Assembly: GCA_963741255.1 (NCBI GenBank)
Contig: CAVUHM010000012.1
Location: 6,957 to 70,956, forward strand
Reading direction: 5' to 3'
Origin: an uncultured Gammaproteobacteria bacterium
Lineage (GTDB): Bacteria > Pseudomonadota > Gammaproteobacteria > Steroidobacterales > Rariloculaceae
Length of the DNA stretch: 64,000 nt
This document shows, one piece after another, positions 50,525-60,916 of this stretch; within the stretch, counting starts at the first letter, position 1; the number at the start of each line of letters is the position of its first letter. The notes under the pieces are model-generated. The model did no database searches and was not told where the DNA came from. It saw only the letters and a program-made list of their open reading frames with translations. The position numbers were made by a program, and so were the translations under genes.

Positions 50525-51541
50525 ATGAACATGCTGCGACTCGCTTCGGCCGCCTTGGCCCTAGTTGGACTCTCGTTGGTTTCCACCGCCGCGGCGCACC
50601 ATTCGTTTGCCGCAGTGTTTCAGATGGACACGGTGGCCGAGGTCGAGGGACGGGTGACCGAGGTCCGATGGATCAATCCGCACATCTTCATCTACGTCAC
50701 GGACAGCGCCGGGCAGAGATGGGAAGTCGAAGCCGGCCCCGTGAATCTGCTGTCGCGGATGGGCATCGAGAAGGACATGATCAAGGTCGGCGAAGCGATT
50801 CGCGTGCGCGGCAATCCCGGCAGACGCGACCCGCACGCGCTCTGGGTCTCGAACATCCTGCTGGCAAATAACACCGAGCTGCTGGCTGCGCCGGGCGCTC
50901 GGCAACACTGGACGTCGACGACGATCGGCGACGCGTCGTCGTTCTTCGTGGCGGGCGACCTCAAGCTGCCGGACGGCAGCCCACGCTCGTTCTTCCGCAC
51001 CTGGTCGCCGCTGATTTCCGCGTTTCCGCGGCCGCGCGGAGCTCCGGCGCTGACCGACGAAGGCCAGCGTGCACAGGCGCGCTACAAAAGTGGCGAGCAA
51101 GCCGTCGGCGACTGCGAGGTCCCCGGTATGCCGTACGCGATGATGAGCCCGTATCCGATCGAGATCGTCGAGCAAGGCGAGCGGCTTTTGATTCGGGGCG
51201 AGGCGTACGACCTCACGCGCACCGTCCTGCGCGCGACGCCGGCGACCGCGCCACCACCGTCGCCGCTCGGTATGTCGGTCGCGCGGTTCTCGGGCGACGA
51301 GCTCATCGTCGAGACCAGCGGCATCGACTACCACAGCTATGGCGACCTCGGCCCCGCGCAAAGCAACCAGAGTCACGTCGTCGAACGTTTCAGGTTGTCC
51401 GCCGACGGCCTCGCGCTCGATTACGAGATCACGGTCACCGACCCCGTGATGCTGCGTGAGCCTTGGGCTTGGGGCGGCTCGTTCATCTACCGCGAGGGCG
51501 CCGAGATCCGGCCCTGGGACTGCGGCGCCGAACGCGGCTGA
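50525..51541 (+). CDS. Exported fusion protein: DUF6152-like N-terminus + lipocalin-like domain of the 775/34225 family
   Basis: This is the tail of ORF 50198..51541 from ATG 50525. The signal peptide ends ...STAAA followed by HHSFAAVF. The C-terminal part is ...RFSGDELIVETSGIDYH...VERFRLS...ITVTDPVMLREPW. Confidence 0.75.
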   Translation: MNMLRLASAALALVGLSLVSTAAAHHSFAAVFQMDTVAEVEGRVTEVRWINPHIFIYVTDSAGQRWEVEAGPVNLLSRMGIEKDMIKVGEAIRVRGNPGRRDPHALWVSNILLANNTELLAAPGARQHWTSTTIGDASSFFVAGDLKLPDGSPRSFFRTWSPLISAFPRPRGAPALTDEGQRAQARYKSGEQAVGDCEVPGMPYAMMSPYPIEIVEQGERLLIRGEAYDLTRTVLRATPATAPPPSPLGMSVARFSGDELIVETSGIDYHSYGDLGPAQSNQSHVVERFRLSADGLALDYEITVTDPVMLREPWAWGGSFIYREGAEIRPWDCGAERG

Positions 51542-51690
51542 GCCCGGTCCCGAAACGGCCAGTCCTACAAGTCCTACAAGCCACGGAAGCGCTTTCTGTG
51601 ATGCGCGCACTGAGGCGTGCAAAGCCCGTCTGCTAGTTTTTCTGCTACCGCGAATCAGTGGGGGGGACCCGCAGCTCGCGGTTTTTATTC

Positions 51691-53421
51691 ATGAAAATCC
51701 TGCTCGTCGAAGACGACGCCGACGATGCCGATTTCCTGCGCGTCTCCCTGGCGCAGCACAACGGCTCCGTCTACATCACGCGCACGGCACGCGTCAGCGA
51801 TGCCGTGGCGAAGCTCGACAGCGACGAGTTCGACGTCGTGCTGTTGGATCTGCACCTGCCGGATGCGTCGGGAGCCGAGTGCGTCGAGAAGATCCAGGCG
51901 GCCGACAACCTGATGCCGATCGTCGTGCTCAGCGGCCACGGCGACGAAGATTACGCCGTCGAGATTCTGAACCGCGGCGTCCAAGACTACCTCGTGAAGT
52001 GGGAAGGCGACGGCCGCATCATCCTGCGCGCGATCCGCTACGCGATCGAGCGCAAGCGCGCGGAGCTCAAGCTCAACTATCTCGCGCGTTACGACTCGCT
52101 GACCGCGATTCCGAACCGGCAATATCTCCGCGACCAGCTCGACCAAGCGACGACGCGCGCGGTTCGCCGCGGCCGAACGATGGCGCTGCTGCTGCTCGAT
52201 CTCGATCGCTTCAAGACCGTGAACGAGACTCTCGGCCACGAAGCTGGGGACATGCTGCTGAAGGAGACCGTGCAACGTCTCGGCAAGAGCATTCGTGAGG
52301 GCGACGTGCTGGCTCGACTCGGCGGCGACGAGTTCGCCGTGCTGCTCGAAGACATCGAGGACCTACGCGAGGTCGAGGCGGTGGCGCGCAGCATCAACGA
52401 CTGTCTCCAAGAGCCGTTCTACGTAGCGGGACGACAGATCTCCGTGACCGTGAGCGTCGGCATCACGGTATGCCCGGCCGACGGCACCGACTCGGTTGCA
52501 TTGCTGAACAACGCCGACATCGCGATGTATCAGGCGAAGGAAGAGGGACGCAACACGTTCAAGTTCTTCACGCCGAGCATGCACGAGCAGATTCTGGCCC
52601 ACCATCGCCTGGAAGCGGATCTCAAGAATGCGATCACACGTGGCCAGTTCGAGCTGCTGTATCAGCCGCAGCTGCGTCTCGCCGATCACCGCATCGATGC
52701 CGTGGAGGCGTTGTTGCGCTGGAAGCACCCGGAGCGGGGACGCCTGAACCCCAGCGAGTTCATCTCCGTAGCCGAGGAAAGCGGACACATCGTCCCCTTG
52801 GGCCTCTGGGTCATCGAGGAAGTCTGCCGGCAGCTGCAGCGCTGGGACAGCGCGGGCGTGCCGCTGCCGCGAGTCGCGATCAACGTCTCCGCGGTGCAAT
52901 TCCGCCAGCCCGGATTTCATGACGTGGTCCGCGCCGTCCTCGAGTCGCATTCGGTCGACCCCGGGCTCATCGAGCTCGAGTTGACCGAAAACTCATTGAT
53001 GGAAGACACCGACGGCACGCGCGCGTGCCTGAAAGCGTTGAAGCACATCGGGGTGCGGCTCGCGATCGACGACTTCGGCGCCGGCTACTCGTGCTTGAGC
53101 TACCTGCGCCAGTTCCCGCTCGACGTGCTGAAAATCGACCGTTCATTCGTTTCCGACCTGGACACGAGCATCGATTCGCAGGTCATCTGCAGCGCGATCC
53201 TGTCGCTCGCCCACCGCTTGTCGCTCGACGCGATTGCAGAGGGCATCGAGACGGAGAAGCAGCTTTCGTTCTTGACGAGAAACGACTGCCAATACGGTCA
53301 AGGGCACTACTTCAGCTTGGCCGTAGAAGCCGACAAGATCGCCGCGCTGATGGTCCAAAGCGGCGGGCAATCCACTCGGCGACGCCGAGTGACGCGCCGG
53401 CACGTCGCGAAGACCGGTTGA
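51691..53421 (+). CDS. Response-regulator receiver + GGDEF + EAL protein
   Basis: ORF 51658..53421 from ATG 51691 (MKILLVEDD). It has the GGDEF motif in LARLGGDEFAVLL and the EAL motif in VEALLRW. Confidence 0.9.
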   Translation: MKILLVEDDADDADFLRVSLAQHNGSVYITRTARVSDAVAKLDSDEFDVVLLDLHLPDASGAECVEKIQAADNLMPIVVLSGHGDEDYAVEILNRGVQDYLVKWEGDGRIILRAIRYAIERKRAELKLNYLARYDSLTAIPNRQYLRDQLDQATTRAVRRGRTMALLLLDLDRFKTVNETLGHEAGDMLLKETVQRLGKSIREGDVLARLGGDEFAVLLEDIEDLREVEAVARSINDCLQEPFYVAGRQISVTVSVGITVCPADGTDSVALLNNADIAMYQAKEEGRNTFKFFTPSMHEQILAHHRLEADLKNAITRGQFELLYQPQLRLADHRIDAVEALLRWKHPERGRLNPSEFISVAEESGHIVPLGLWVIEEVCRQLQRWDSAGVPLPRVAINVSAVQFRQPGFHDVVRAVLESHSVDPGLIELELTENSLMEDTDGTRACLKALKHIGVRLAIDDFGAGYSCLSYLRQFPLDVLKIDRSFVSDLDTSIDSQVICSAILSLAHRLSLDAIAEGIETEKQLSFLTRNDCQYGQGHYFSLAVEADKIAALMVQSGGQSTRRRRVTRRHVAKTG

Positions 53422-53430
53422 GAGGTACGC

Positions 53431-54678
53431 ATGGCCGACGCCGCTCCGACCCGACCGAAAACGCTCGACGCCGCATTGCGAGCCTTGGACGAAGCCGAAG
53501 CCAAGCTGCGCGCAACCCAAGCCGACGACACCGGTATCAGACGCCTCAGCGAAAGCGTGCAACGCAGCGAGGAGCGCTTTCGCATGCTCGCCGAGGGCGT
53601 GCCGAACCATCTGCTGTTCCTGGATCGCGACTTGCGGATTCTGTTCGCGAACGACGTGTTTCTGGAGGCCGCCGGCTGGTCCGTGGAGAAAGCCGTCGGC
53701 CGCCACATCTCCGAAATCGTCGGGGTCGAGCGCTTCATCGAGCGACAGCCCAACTACGAGCGTGCGCTGGCCGGCGAAACGGTCAGCTACGAGTCGACGG
53801 GCGCGGCCGGAAACGAGAGCGGCTACTTCCGCTTCTCCTATCGCCCGAGCCTGGACGCCGAGGGCAAGGTACGCGGCATCTTCTCGATGGCCACGGACAT
53901 CTCGGAGCGGCGGAAGGTCGAGCTCGAGCTCGAAGCCAAGCAGGCCGAGCTGCTGCGCTCGAACAAGGACCTCGAGCAGTTTGCATACGTCGCGTCGCAC
54001 GACCTGAAAGCCCCGCTGCGCGCGGTCGAGTTGCTAGTGCAGTGGATCACAGAAGGCTTGGCCGGGTACGACGCGAACAACGTCCAAGAGAATCTCGGGC
54101 TGCTCAGGAAACGCACGCAACGCCTGAACCGGCTGCTCGACGACTTGCTCGCGTACTCGCGAGCGGGACGCAAGGTCGGCGCCCATCGCGACACCGACAG
54201 CCACGCGATCGTGCTCGACATCGCACAGATGTTGAATCCGCCTCCGGGCTTCACGGTCACGGTCGAAGGCCAGCTGCCGAAATTCAAGACACATCCGATA
54301 CCGCTCGAGCAGGTGATGCGCAATCTGATCAGCAACGCGGTCAAGCATCACCCGGGCCCGGAGGGGCGCGTCGTCATCTCGTGCGCGGACCAGGGCGAGT
54401 TCTACGTCTTCGCCGTCACGGACGACGGCGAAGGCATACCGATGCAGTACGCGCAGCGTGTGTTCGAGATGTTCCAGACGCTGAAGCCGCGCGATCAGGT
54501 CGAAGGCAGCGGCATGGGGCTCGCGATCGTGAGCCGAATCGTGCAATGGCAAGGCGGCCGGGTGTGGTTCGAGCCGGCGCCGGGCGGCCGAGGCACCGTG
54601 TTCAAGTTCCAGTGGAAGAAACAACAACCGGTGGCCGTGAAGGTGGAGACGCAAGCATGCGAAGCAGCAAGATCGTAA
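53431..54678 (+). CDS. PAS-domain sensor histidine kinase
   Basis: 415-aa ORF with a PAS region (ERFRMLAEGVPNHLLFLD), an H-box (FAYVASHDLKAPLR), and N/G boxes (NLISNAVKH, DDGEGIP, GSGMGLAI). Confidence 0.9.
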   Translation: MADAAPTRPKTLDAALRALDEAEAKLRATQADDTGIRRLSESVQRSEERFRMLAEGVPNHLLFLDRDLRILFANDVFLEAAGWSVEKAVGRHISEIVGVERFIERQPNYERALAGETVSYESTGAAGNESGYFRFSYRPSLDAEGKVRGIFSMATDISERRKVELELEAKQAELLRSNKDLEQFAYVASHDLKAPLRAVELLVQWITEGLAGYDANNVQENLGLLRKRTQRLNRLLDDLLAYSRAGRKVGAHRDTDSHAIVLDIAQMLNPPPGFTVTVEGQLPKFKTHPIPLEQVMRNLISNAVKHHPGPEGRVVISCADQGEFYVFAVTDDGEGIPMQYAQRVFEMFQTLKPRDQVEGSGMGLAIVSRIVQWQGGRVWFEPAPGGRGTVFKFQWKKQQPVAVKVETQACEAARS

Positions 54679-55076
54679 CGATCCTGCTCGTCGAAGATGA
54701 CGAGATCGACTGCAAAGCGCTGAAATGGGCGTTCGACAAGCTGAAGATCGCGAACCCACTCGTGATTGCGCGCGACGGCGTCGAAGCCTATGACATGCTG
54801 GCGACTCTGCCGCGGCCGTACCTGATCATCTCCGACATCAACATGCCGCGCATGAACGGCATCGAGCTGCTGCGCAAGATCCGGCAGAGCCCGGAGTACC
54901 GCGACTCGATCGTGTTCATGCTGACGACGTCGAACGACGAGCAAGACAAGATCGACGCGTACAACTTGAACGTCGCCGGATACATGCTGAAGTCCGACAT
55001 GGGCACGAGCTTCACGCGCGCGATCTCGCTCGTCGAGAACTACTGGAAGGTCGTGGAGTTCCCGGGCCAAGACTGA
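54657..55076 (+). CDS. Single-domain response regulator
   Basis: This is the tail of ORF 53025..55076 from ATG 54657, preceded by AGGTGGAG. The sequence is ILLVEDDEIDCKAL...IISDINMPRMNGIELL...MLTTS. It overlaps the kinase gene end. Confidence 0.85.
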   Translation: MRSSKIVTILLVEDDEIDCKALKWAFDKLKIANPLVIARDGVEAYDMLATLPRPYLIISDINMPRMNGIELLRKIRQSPEYRDSIVFMLTTSNDEQDKIDAYNLNVAGYMLKSDMGTSFTRAISLVENYWKVVEFPGQD

Positions 55077-55156
55077 GGCGCGTCCGCGCCGGGACTCGCG
55101 TTAGCAGGCGCGAAACAGCGGCGCCGACCGTCGCCATCCATTAGGATCGCACTCGC

Positions 55157-55657
55157 GTGCGCGCCTTCGCCGAATGGCTGTCCGGAACCTACGTGAGCGT
55201 CGCGATCCAATCGACGTTCTGGTTCATTCGCCTGCTCCAGGCGACGCACCTCGTGACGGCCGGCGTCGCGTGCGTTTCCGGGATCATGATCGCGCTTCGC
55301 GCGCTCGAGTGGCACCGCGCGGATCAGCCATTCGCCGTGGTGTGGCAACGCTTCGCGCCGTGGCTCAAGTGGAGCATGGCCGTGATGGTTGCGACCGGAA
55401 TCGCGCAGACACTCGGCGACCCGGTCCGCGAATTCACGGCAACCTCCTACTGGGTCAAGCTGGCTCTCGTGCTGATCTCGATTGCGGGCACGTTGTGGCT
55501 CGCGCGTTCGCTGCGTGCGTCGCCGACGGCCGGTTTGCGTTCGTCCGCGAAGCTGTTTGCAGCCGCGCTGATCGTGTTCTGGCTCGCGATCGTGCTGCTC
55601 GGCCGCATGATCGGCTACGACCTCGCGATTTGGGGCGATCTGTCGCTGCGCACATGA
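55157..55657 (+). CDS. Polytopic membrane protein, module partner A'
   Basis: 166-aa ORF (MRAFAEWLSGTYVSVAIQSTFW...DPVRE...GRMIGYDLAIWG). It is a homologue of 33160..33666. Confidence 0.7.
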   Translation: MRAFAEWLSGTYVSVAIQSTFWFIRLLQATHLVTAGVACVSGIMIALRALEWHRADQPFAVVWQRFAPWLKWSMAVMVATGIAQTLGDPVREFTATSYWVKLALVLISIAGTLWLARSLRASPTAGLRSSAKLFAAALIVFWLAIVLLGRMIGYDLAIWGDLSLRT

Positions 55658-56184
55658 GCATCGCATCCGTTCTCGATGGCATTCAGACATCCGCGCTCGC
55701 CGAGTGGATGCGCGACACTCTGCCTGCGATGCAAGTCGTCGAGGCGACGCACGTGCTCGCGGCCGTCGTCGTGCTCGGCACGGTGCTGATCGTGGATCTG
55801 CGCCTGCTCGGGCTCGCCGACTCATCGCGCGGCTTCACAAGGATCAGCCGCGAGACGCTGCCGCTCACCTGGGTAGCGTTCGCGATCGCCGTGGTCACGG
55901 GCTCGCTGATGTTCACGACCAGCGCGGAAACGTATTTCGCGAATCCCGCGTTTCGGCTCAAAGCTCTCGCGCTGCTTGCCGCAGGCCTGAACATGGCGCT
56001 GTTTCAGCTCACGACCGGGCGGGGCATCGCCGCCTGGGATTTAGGCTCGGCGACTCCGCACGCGGCCCGAATCGCGGGATTGCTCTCGATACTGCTCTGG
56101 GCGGCCGTCGTTCTGCTCGGCCGCTGGATCGGTTTCACGAAGGGCTACGATTTCACGATTCCACCCGGCGTGGACTTGTTGTAA
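55654..56184 (+). CDS. Polytopic membrane protein, module partner B'
   Basis: ATG 55654 overlaps the upstream stop in an ATGA junction. The sequence is ...LIVDLRLLG...LLGRWIGFTKGYDFTIP. It is a homologue of 32588..33131. Confidence 0.7.
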   Translation: MSIASVLDGIQTSALAEWMRDTLPAMQVVEATHVLAAVVVLGTVLIVDLRLLGLADSSRGFTRISRETLPLTWVAFAIAVVTGSLMFTTSAETYFANPAFRLKALALLAAGLNMALFQLTTGRGIAAWDLGSATPHAARIAGLLSILLWAAVVLLGRWIGFTKGYDFTIPPGVDLL

Positions 56185-56290
56185 AGCGCAGGTAAACCCG
56201 CACCGCCAGATTTTACGACCGCGTGTCTTAAGTCTCGGCCCAGACGCGGGCAGCATCTCCTCCATCGTCAACCGGACCAGGAGACTTGAG

Positions 56291-57427
56291 ATGCTTACCG
56301 CCATCCGCCCGCTTCGTATCGCCGTGCTCGCTGCGCTCGGCGCGACCGCCACGAACGCCGCAGCAGACACCTTCGCGCCCGTCGACTCACGCCGCGACGT
56401 CGACCTCGTGATCGCTCTCGATGTGAGCGGCTCGATGGAGGGCTTGATCGATTCCGCGAAACAACGCCTCTGGGACATCACGAACGAGCTCGCGCAGGCG
56501 CGGCCAACGCCGAACTTGCGCGTCGCGATCTTGAGCTACGGTAGCCCGAGCTACGGAGAGCAAACCGGCTTCGTGCATCTCGACCTGCCGTTCACGGCGG
56601 ACCTCGACGCCGTCAGCGCGACGCTGTTCGCGTTCCAGACGGATGGCGGCGACGAGTACGTGTCGCGCGCGATCCAAACGTCGCTCGACAGGCTCCAGTG
56701 GAGCCAAGACACCGACGCGCTGAAGATCGTGTTCGTCGCCGGCAACGAATCCGCCGAGCAAGATCCGCGGATCACGATCGCGAGCGCAACGGGCGCCGCC
56801 GCACGCCGCGGCGTCGTCGTCAACGCGATCTACTGCGGCACCGACGGCGATGCCGACTCACGCGCGTGGCAGAAACTCGCGACGAACACGAACGGCCTGT
56901 ATGCGAGCATCGACCAGAACGCGGCCGCCGTCGCGAACGTGGCGACGCCGTTCGACGCGCCGCTCGCGGCATTGAACGACAAGCTCAACGAAACCTATAT
57001 CGCGCTCGGCAGCGAAGGCGAGCGCGCACGAGAGAACCTCGTGCAGCAGGACCGCAACGCGGCCTCGATGAGCCCGGCGGCAGCTGCGAGCCGCACCGTC
57101 GCGAAGGGCGGTGCGCTGTATCGCTCGGAGTGGGACCTCGTCGAAGCGGTGCAATCGGGCAAAGCACTCGCGGAAATTCCGGTCGATGAGCTTCCGGCGG
57201 AGCTTCAAGCGCTGCCCGCAGTGGAGCGCGAAACCTACGTGCGCGAGAAAACCGAGCAGCGCGCGGATCTGCAGCGGCAGATCGGCGAGTTGGCCGCCGA
57301 GCGCGGCCAGTACATCGAGGAGCAAAAGCGCGCCGCAGGCGGCGCGGACCAAGGCCTCGATGCTGCGATCCTCGATGGCATCCGCGACGTGGCCGCCACG
57401 AAGGGTTTCACGTTCGAGAGCCAATGA
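56291..57427 (+). CDS. Exported von Willebrand factor type A (VWA) domain protein
   Basis: 378-aa ORF with a signal peptide and the MIDAS motif DVSGSM in VIALDVSGSMEG. The C-terminal half is coiled-coil-like. Confidence 0.8.
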   Translation: MLTAIRPLRIAVLAALGATATNAAADTFAPVDSRRDVDLVIALDVSGSMEGLIDSAKQRLWDITNELAQARPTPNLRVAILSYGSPSYGEQTGFVHLDLPFTADLDAVSATLFAFQTDGGDEYVSRAIQTSLDRLQWSQDTDALKIVFVAGNESAEQDPRITIASATGAAARRGVVVNAIYCGTDGDADSRAWQKLATNTNGLYASIDQNAAAVANVATPFDAPLAALNDKLNETYIALGSEGERARENLVQQDRNAASMSPAAAASRTVAKGGALYRSEWDLVEAVQSGKALAEIPVDELPAELQALPAVERETYVREKTEQRADLQRQIGELAAERGQYIEEQKRAAGGADQGLDAAILDGIRDVAATKGFTFESQ

Positions 57428-57476
57428 TCATCGGCCCGTAACAAACCGGGCGGCGCGGCGACCCCGCGCCGCCCGC

Positions 57477-57836
57477 ATGACCCCCTCCAGCAAATGGATT
57501 TCTTCCTTGGCGGCGATGGCTGCCGTCTCCCTGATTTCGTTACCGAGCGCCGCTGCAGAGAGCGACGCCGCCGGCGCCTCCACGATCGTGCGGGCATGGG
57601 ATCTCGATCTCACCAAGCCTCAAGACGTGCAAACGCTGTACGACCGCATGCACAGCGCGGCACAGCGGGTATGCGAGCGAGAAGCGCGCGACCACTATCG
57701 GTCGACGCGTCGCTGGGCTCCGGTCGGTTGGGTCGAGGGCTGCGTGACGAACGCCGTGGATTCGGCGGTCCGCAGCACGCGCGATCCGCTACTCGCGGCG
57801 CTGCACATCCGCAGCGGAGTCGCGCGCAGCGACTGA
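57477..57836 (+). CDS. UrcA family protein
   Basis: This is the tail of ORF 57111..57836 from ATG 57477. It has a signal peptide and the typical UrcA pattern (DLDLTKPQDVQTLYDRMHSAAQRVC...C...A). Confidence 0.7.
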   Translation: MTPSSKWISSLAAMAAVSLISLPSAAAESDAAGASTIVRAWDLDLTKPQDVQTLYDRMHSAAQRVCEREARDHYRSTRRWAPVGWVEGCVTNAVDSAVRSTRDPLLAALHIRSGVARSD

Positions 57837-57997
57837 CGTACCGGCCCCTCGTTCGATCGAGCGGGCTGCCGACGCGCGGCATGTTGGGCCGCGGGCTACT
57901 CGACGAACTTAGGCCCTCATCCTGTCGCAGCGCGGGATCGAGTTACGTAACGTCGGCGAGCTTGCTCGGCGCGCGTTGCGGGATGGGCTCGTGCTCT

Positions 57998-60392
57998 TTA
58001 GGCGGTGCTGACCTGAAGCGGCTTGTGCGACTGCTCGCGCCCGGCGGCCGCGTTCACGATCATGTCCGGCAGCACGGGCGTGCGGTTGAAGTAATGACCG
58101 CCGAGCGCATCGGAGACCGCCGCGAGCACGGCGGCCGTCGCGCAGCCTTGCACGGGCTCGCCGATGCCCTTCGAGCCGACGGGGTTCTGCGGATCCTGAA
58201 TGTCGACGGCGAGCGTCTGCATGTGCGACGGCACGTCGAGGTACGACGGCGGCTTCGCTTGAATCAACCCGACGTTGCCGGGCAGGCCGTTTTGCGGGTC
58301 GTAGATGTGCCGCTCGCTCATGCCCATGCCGAAGCCCATCACGGCGCCGCTACGGATCTGCGCGCTCAAGCCCATCGGATGCAGAACCGTGCCGCAATCC
58401 GCTACGCCGAGATAGTCGACGATATCGACTCTACCGGTCTCCCTGTCGAGCTCGATCTCGACGAAGCCGATCGCGATCGCCGGCACCATGCCCGTGACCG
58501 CGATGTTGTCCTTCGCGACGCCGATCAAGCCCGGTGCCCGCGATCGCGGTTACGCCGGATTTCGTCACGGCGTTGATGTCCTCCGGCACCTCTTGGCCGC
58601 TGAAACGCCCACCGAGCTCGACGGCGCGTTGCGCAGCCGCGGCATACGTCATGCTCTTGGTGCGATCGGCTTTCGCGAACACGGTCTCATCGCCGACGTC
58701 GTAGTCGTCGGCGGCTCCGCCGAGCGTCTGCGCCGCGATTTCCTTGAGCTTCGCGAGCGCGTCCATCGCGCCGGCATACGTCGCGCGCGTCATCGTGAAC
58801 GACGTGTTGCTGCCCGACTGCGGCGACGAGAACGGCAATCCCAACCGCGAATCGCCGCGCACGATCACGCAATTGTCCCAGCTCATCTTCAGCACCTCGG
58901 CCGCGACGCGCGACGTCGCCGCGTACGAGAACGTGCCCAGGTTGCCGACGCCGCAATGGATGTGCAGCTTGCCCTCGGTCGTCAGACGCACGATGCCGTC
59001 TAGGCCTCCGCGGCCCGCGGCGTGAAACGCCTGCCCGATTCCGATGCCGGTAACCTTCGAGCCGCGCGCCTGGCCGCTGCGCTGCTTGCGGTTCTCCCAG
59101 TCGAAGGCGGCCGCGCCTCGCTCGAGCGCTTCGCGTTGATACGCGCTCGTGACCGGGCCTTGCTGCGAGTCGTACTTCGCGTCGTTGCCCGCGGCGTTGA
59201 TGCGGCGGATCGCGAGTCGATCCAGGCTCAGCGCTTTTGCCGCCTTGTCGATCAACGGCTCGAGCGCCGCCGCGATTTGGTTCTGGCCCGGGCCGCGTTG
59301 CGCGCCGGTCGGCGTCGTATTCGTGCTGACCTGGACGCCGCGATAGCGCATCGCAATCGGCTGGTACACGAGCGACACGGCGCCGGCCGCGCCGCCGAGA
59401 TCGCCGCCGCCGTTGTACGGGCCGTTTTGCTGAACGATGTAAAGATCGACGGCCGTGACGCGGCCGTCCGCGCGAAAGCCCATCTTGATTCGGCCTTGGA
59501 ACGCGGGCCGCGACGACCCGAACAACGCCTCCTCGGCGCGGCTCACGCGCATCAGCACAGGCATGCCGGTTTTCTTCGCCATGTAGATCGGCACGCCCAT
59601 CGACGGATACGGATTGATCTTCGAGCCGAAGCCGCCGCCGCAAAATTCCGCGATGTAGACGAGGTTGTCGGGCTCGACGCCGGCCAGGCGCGCGAGATTC
59701 GGCATCACGGCGGTTTGGCTCTGCGTCGAGCCGTAGATGAACACCTTTTCGCCTTGCCAGTACGCCATGCAGCTGCGCGGCTCGAGGCAGTGATGCGACA
59801 ACGCGGCCGTCACGAACGACTCGTCGAGCACGTACTTCGCCGCCGCGAAGCCGGCATCGATGTCGCCGAACGACCACTCGACGCCCGGCGCACCCGCCGG
59901 CAGCGCGTCGCCGGCCGACGCAAAGTCGGCGGCCGTCCACTTGATCGACTTGACGCCCTGCTGCGTGACGACGTTGCCGTCACTGCGCGCATCGGGGCCG
60001 GCCGGGAACAAGCTCGAGAGCGGATCGATCACGTACGGCAACGGCTCGTACTCGACCTTGATGCGATCGATGGCCTCCTGCGCGAGCTCCTCGCTGCGCG
60101 CCGCGACCGCGCAAATGCGATCGCCGACGTAGAGCGGCTCGTTCGTGAGGATCGGCTCCGCCGGCGCGGTCGCGGGCGGGACGTCATCGGCCGTGAGCAC
60201 GGCGACGACGCCTTCCATTGCGAGCGCCTCGGTCGCGTCGATGCGCACGCGCGCGTGCGGCATCGTGCTCGTGAGCAGGCGGCAGAACAGCATGCCCTCG
60301 GCGCGGAAATCCTCGGCGTACTTGGCCTTGCCGGTAACCTTCGCCGCGAGATCGGGCGGCGTGAAATCGTGACCGATCAGCGTGTAGGCCAT
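57998..60392 (-). pseudogene. Xanthine dehydrogenase/CoxL family molybdopterin-binding subunit (one frameshift near 58525)
   Basis: ORFs 58431..60392 and 57998..58528 join as ...AIAGTGL|IGVAKDNIAVTGM, which fits a 1-nt insertion. The N-terminus is typical (VTGKAKYAEDF) and the GGGFG motif is present. Confidence 0.8.
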
Positions 60393-60543
60393 GGGCTCTC
60401 CCGGCGGTGGCGGCGCGTTGCGCGCTCAGGTTTGTCGGCCGATTCTGCGACCGATGGCCTACCGCTTCAAGGTGCCCCGGCCTCGCCGATCGATGGTGTA
60501 GTCTGGCCGGCATGAGTACGGCACGCACGACGGGTCGGCCAGC

Positions 60544-60909
60544 TTGATGCTGCACCACAAACGTAAACTTACCAGCGACCGAGCAAAGCCCCTCTCCGAG
60601 GCGGCGGGTGCCGGTCATCGCAACATTCAGTCGGAAAAGACGGGTGCACACGCAACCGGGGCGTCGGCCACCGGGGCGGAAGCTATAGGGACCCTGGTAC
60701 TTGGCGCACTCGCAATCGGAGCGTTGGCGATTGGCGCCGTGGCAATCGGCCGGCTCGTGATCGGTCGCGCGCGAATTCGTAGAATCGAAATCGACGAGCT
60801 CGTGGTCCGACGGCTGCGCATTACCGAGCAGCTGCAGACCCCGGAAACGTCCACCGCGGAGAGCCCGCAGTCCACGAGCCTCGTGAAGCGCGACGACGAA
60901 GCGGGCTGA
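60544..60909 (+). CDS. Small conserved hypothetical protein with (A/G)xAIG repeats and a basic amphipathic tail
   Basis: 121-aa ORF with a TTG 60544 or ATG 60547 start. The core is GAEAIGTLVLGALAIGALAIGAVAIGRLVIGRARIRRIEIDELVVRRLRI. Confidence 0.55.
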   Translation: MMLHHKRKLTSDRAKPLSEAAGAGHRNIQSEKTGAHATGASATGAEAIGTLVLGALAIGALAIGAVAIGRLVIGRARIRRIEIDELVVRRLRITEQLQTPETSTAESPQSTSLVKRDDEAG

Positions 60910-60916
60910 CTCGACG

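Noticed and set aside
56185-56290. c-di-GMP riboswitch upstream of the VWA gene, downstream of the GGDEF-EAL cassette
   Set aside because: Only vague resemblance (GGTAAACCC, GACGCGGGCAGC) to the GEMM-I conserved GGCAAACC / ACGCAAAGC blocks. The expected paired tetraloop and receptor architecture is not evident.
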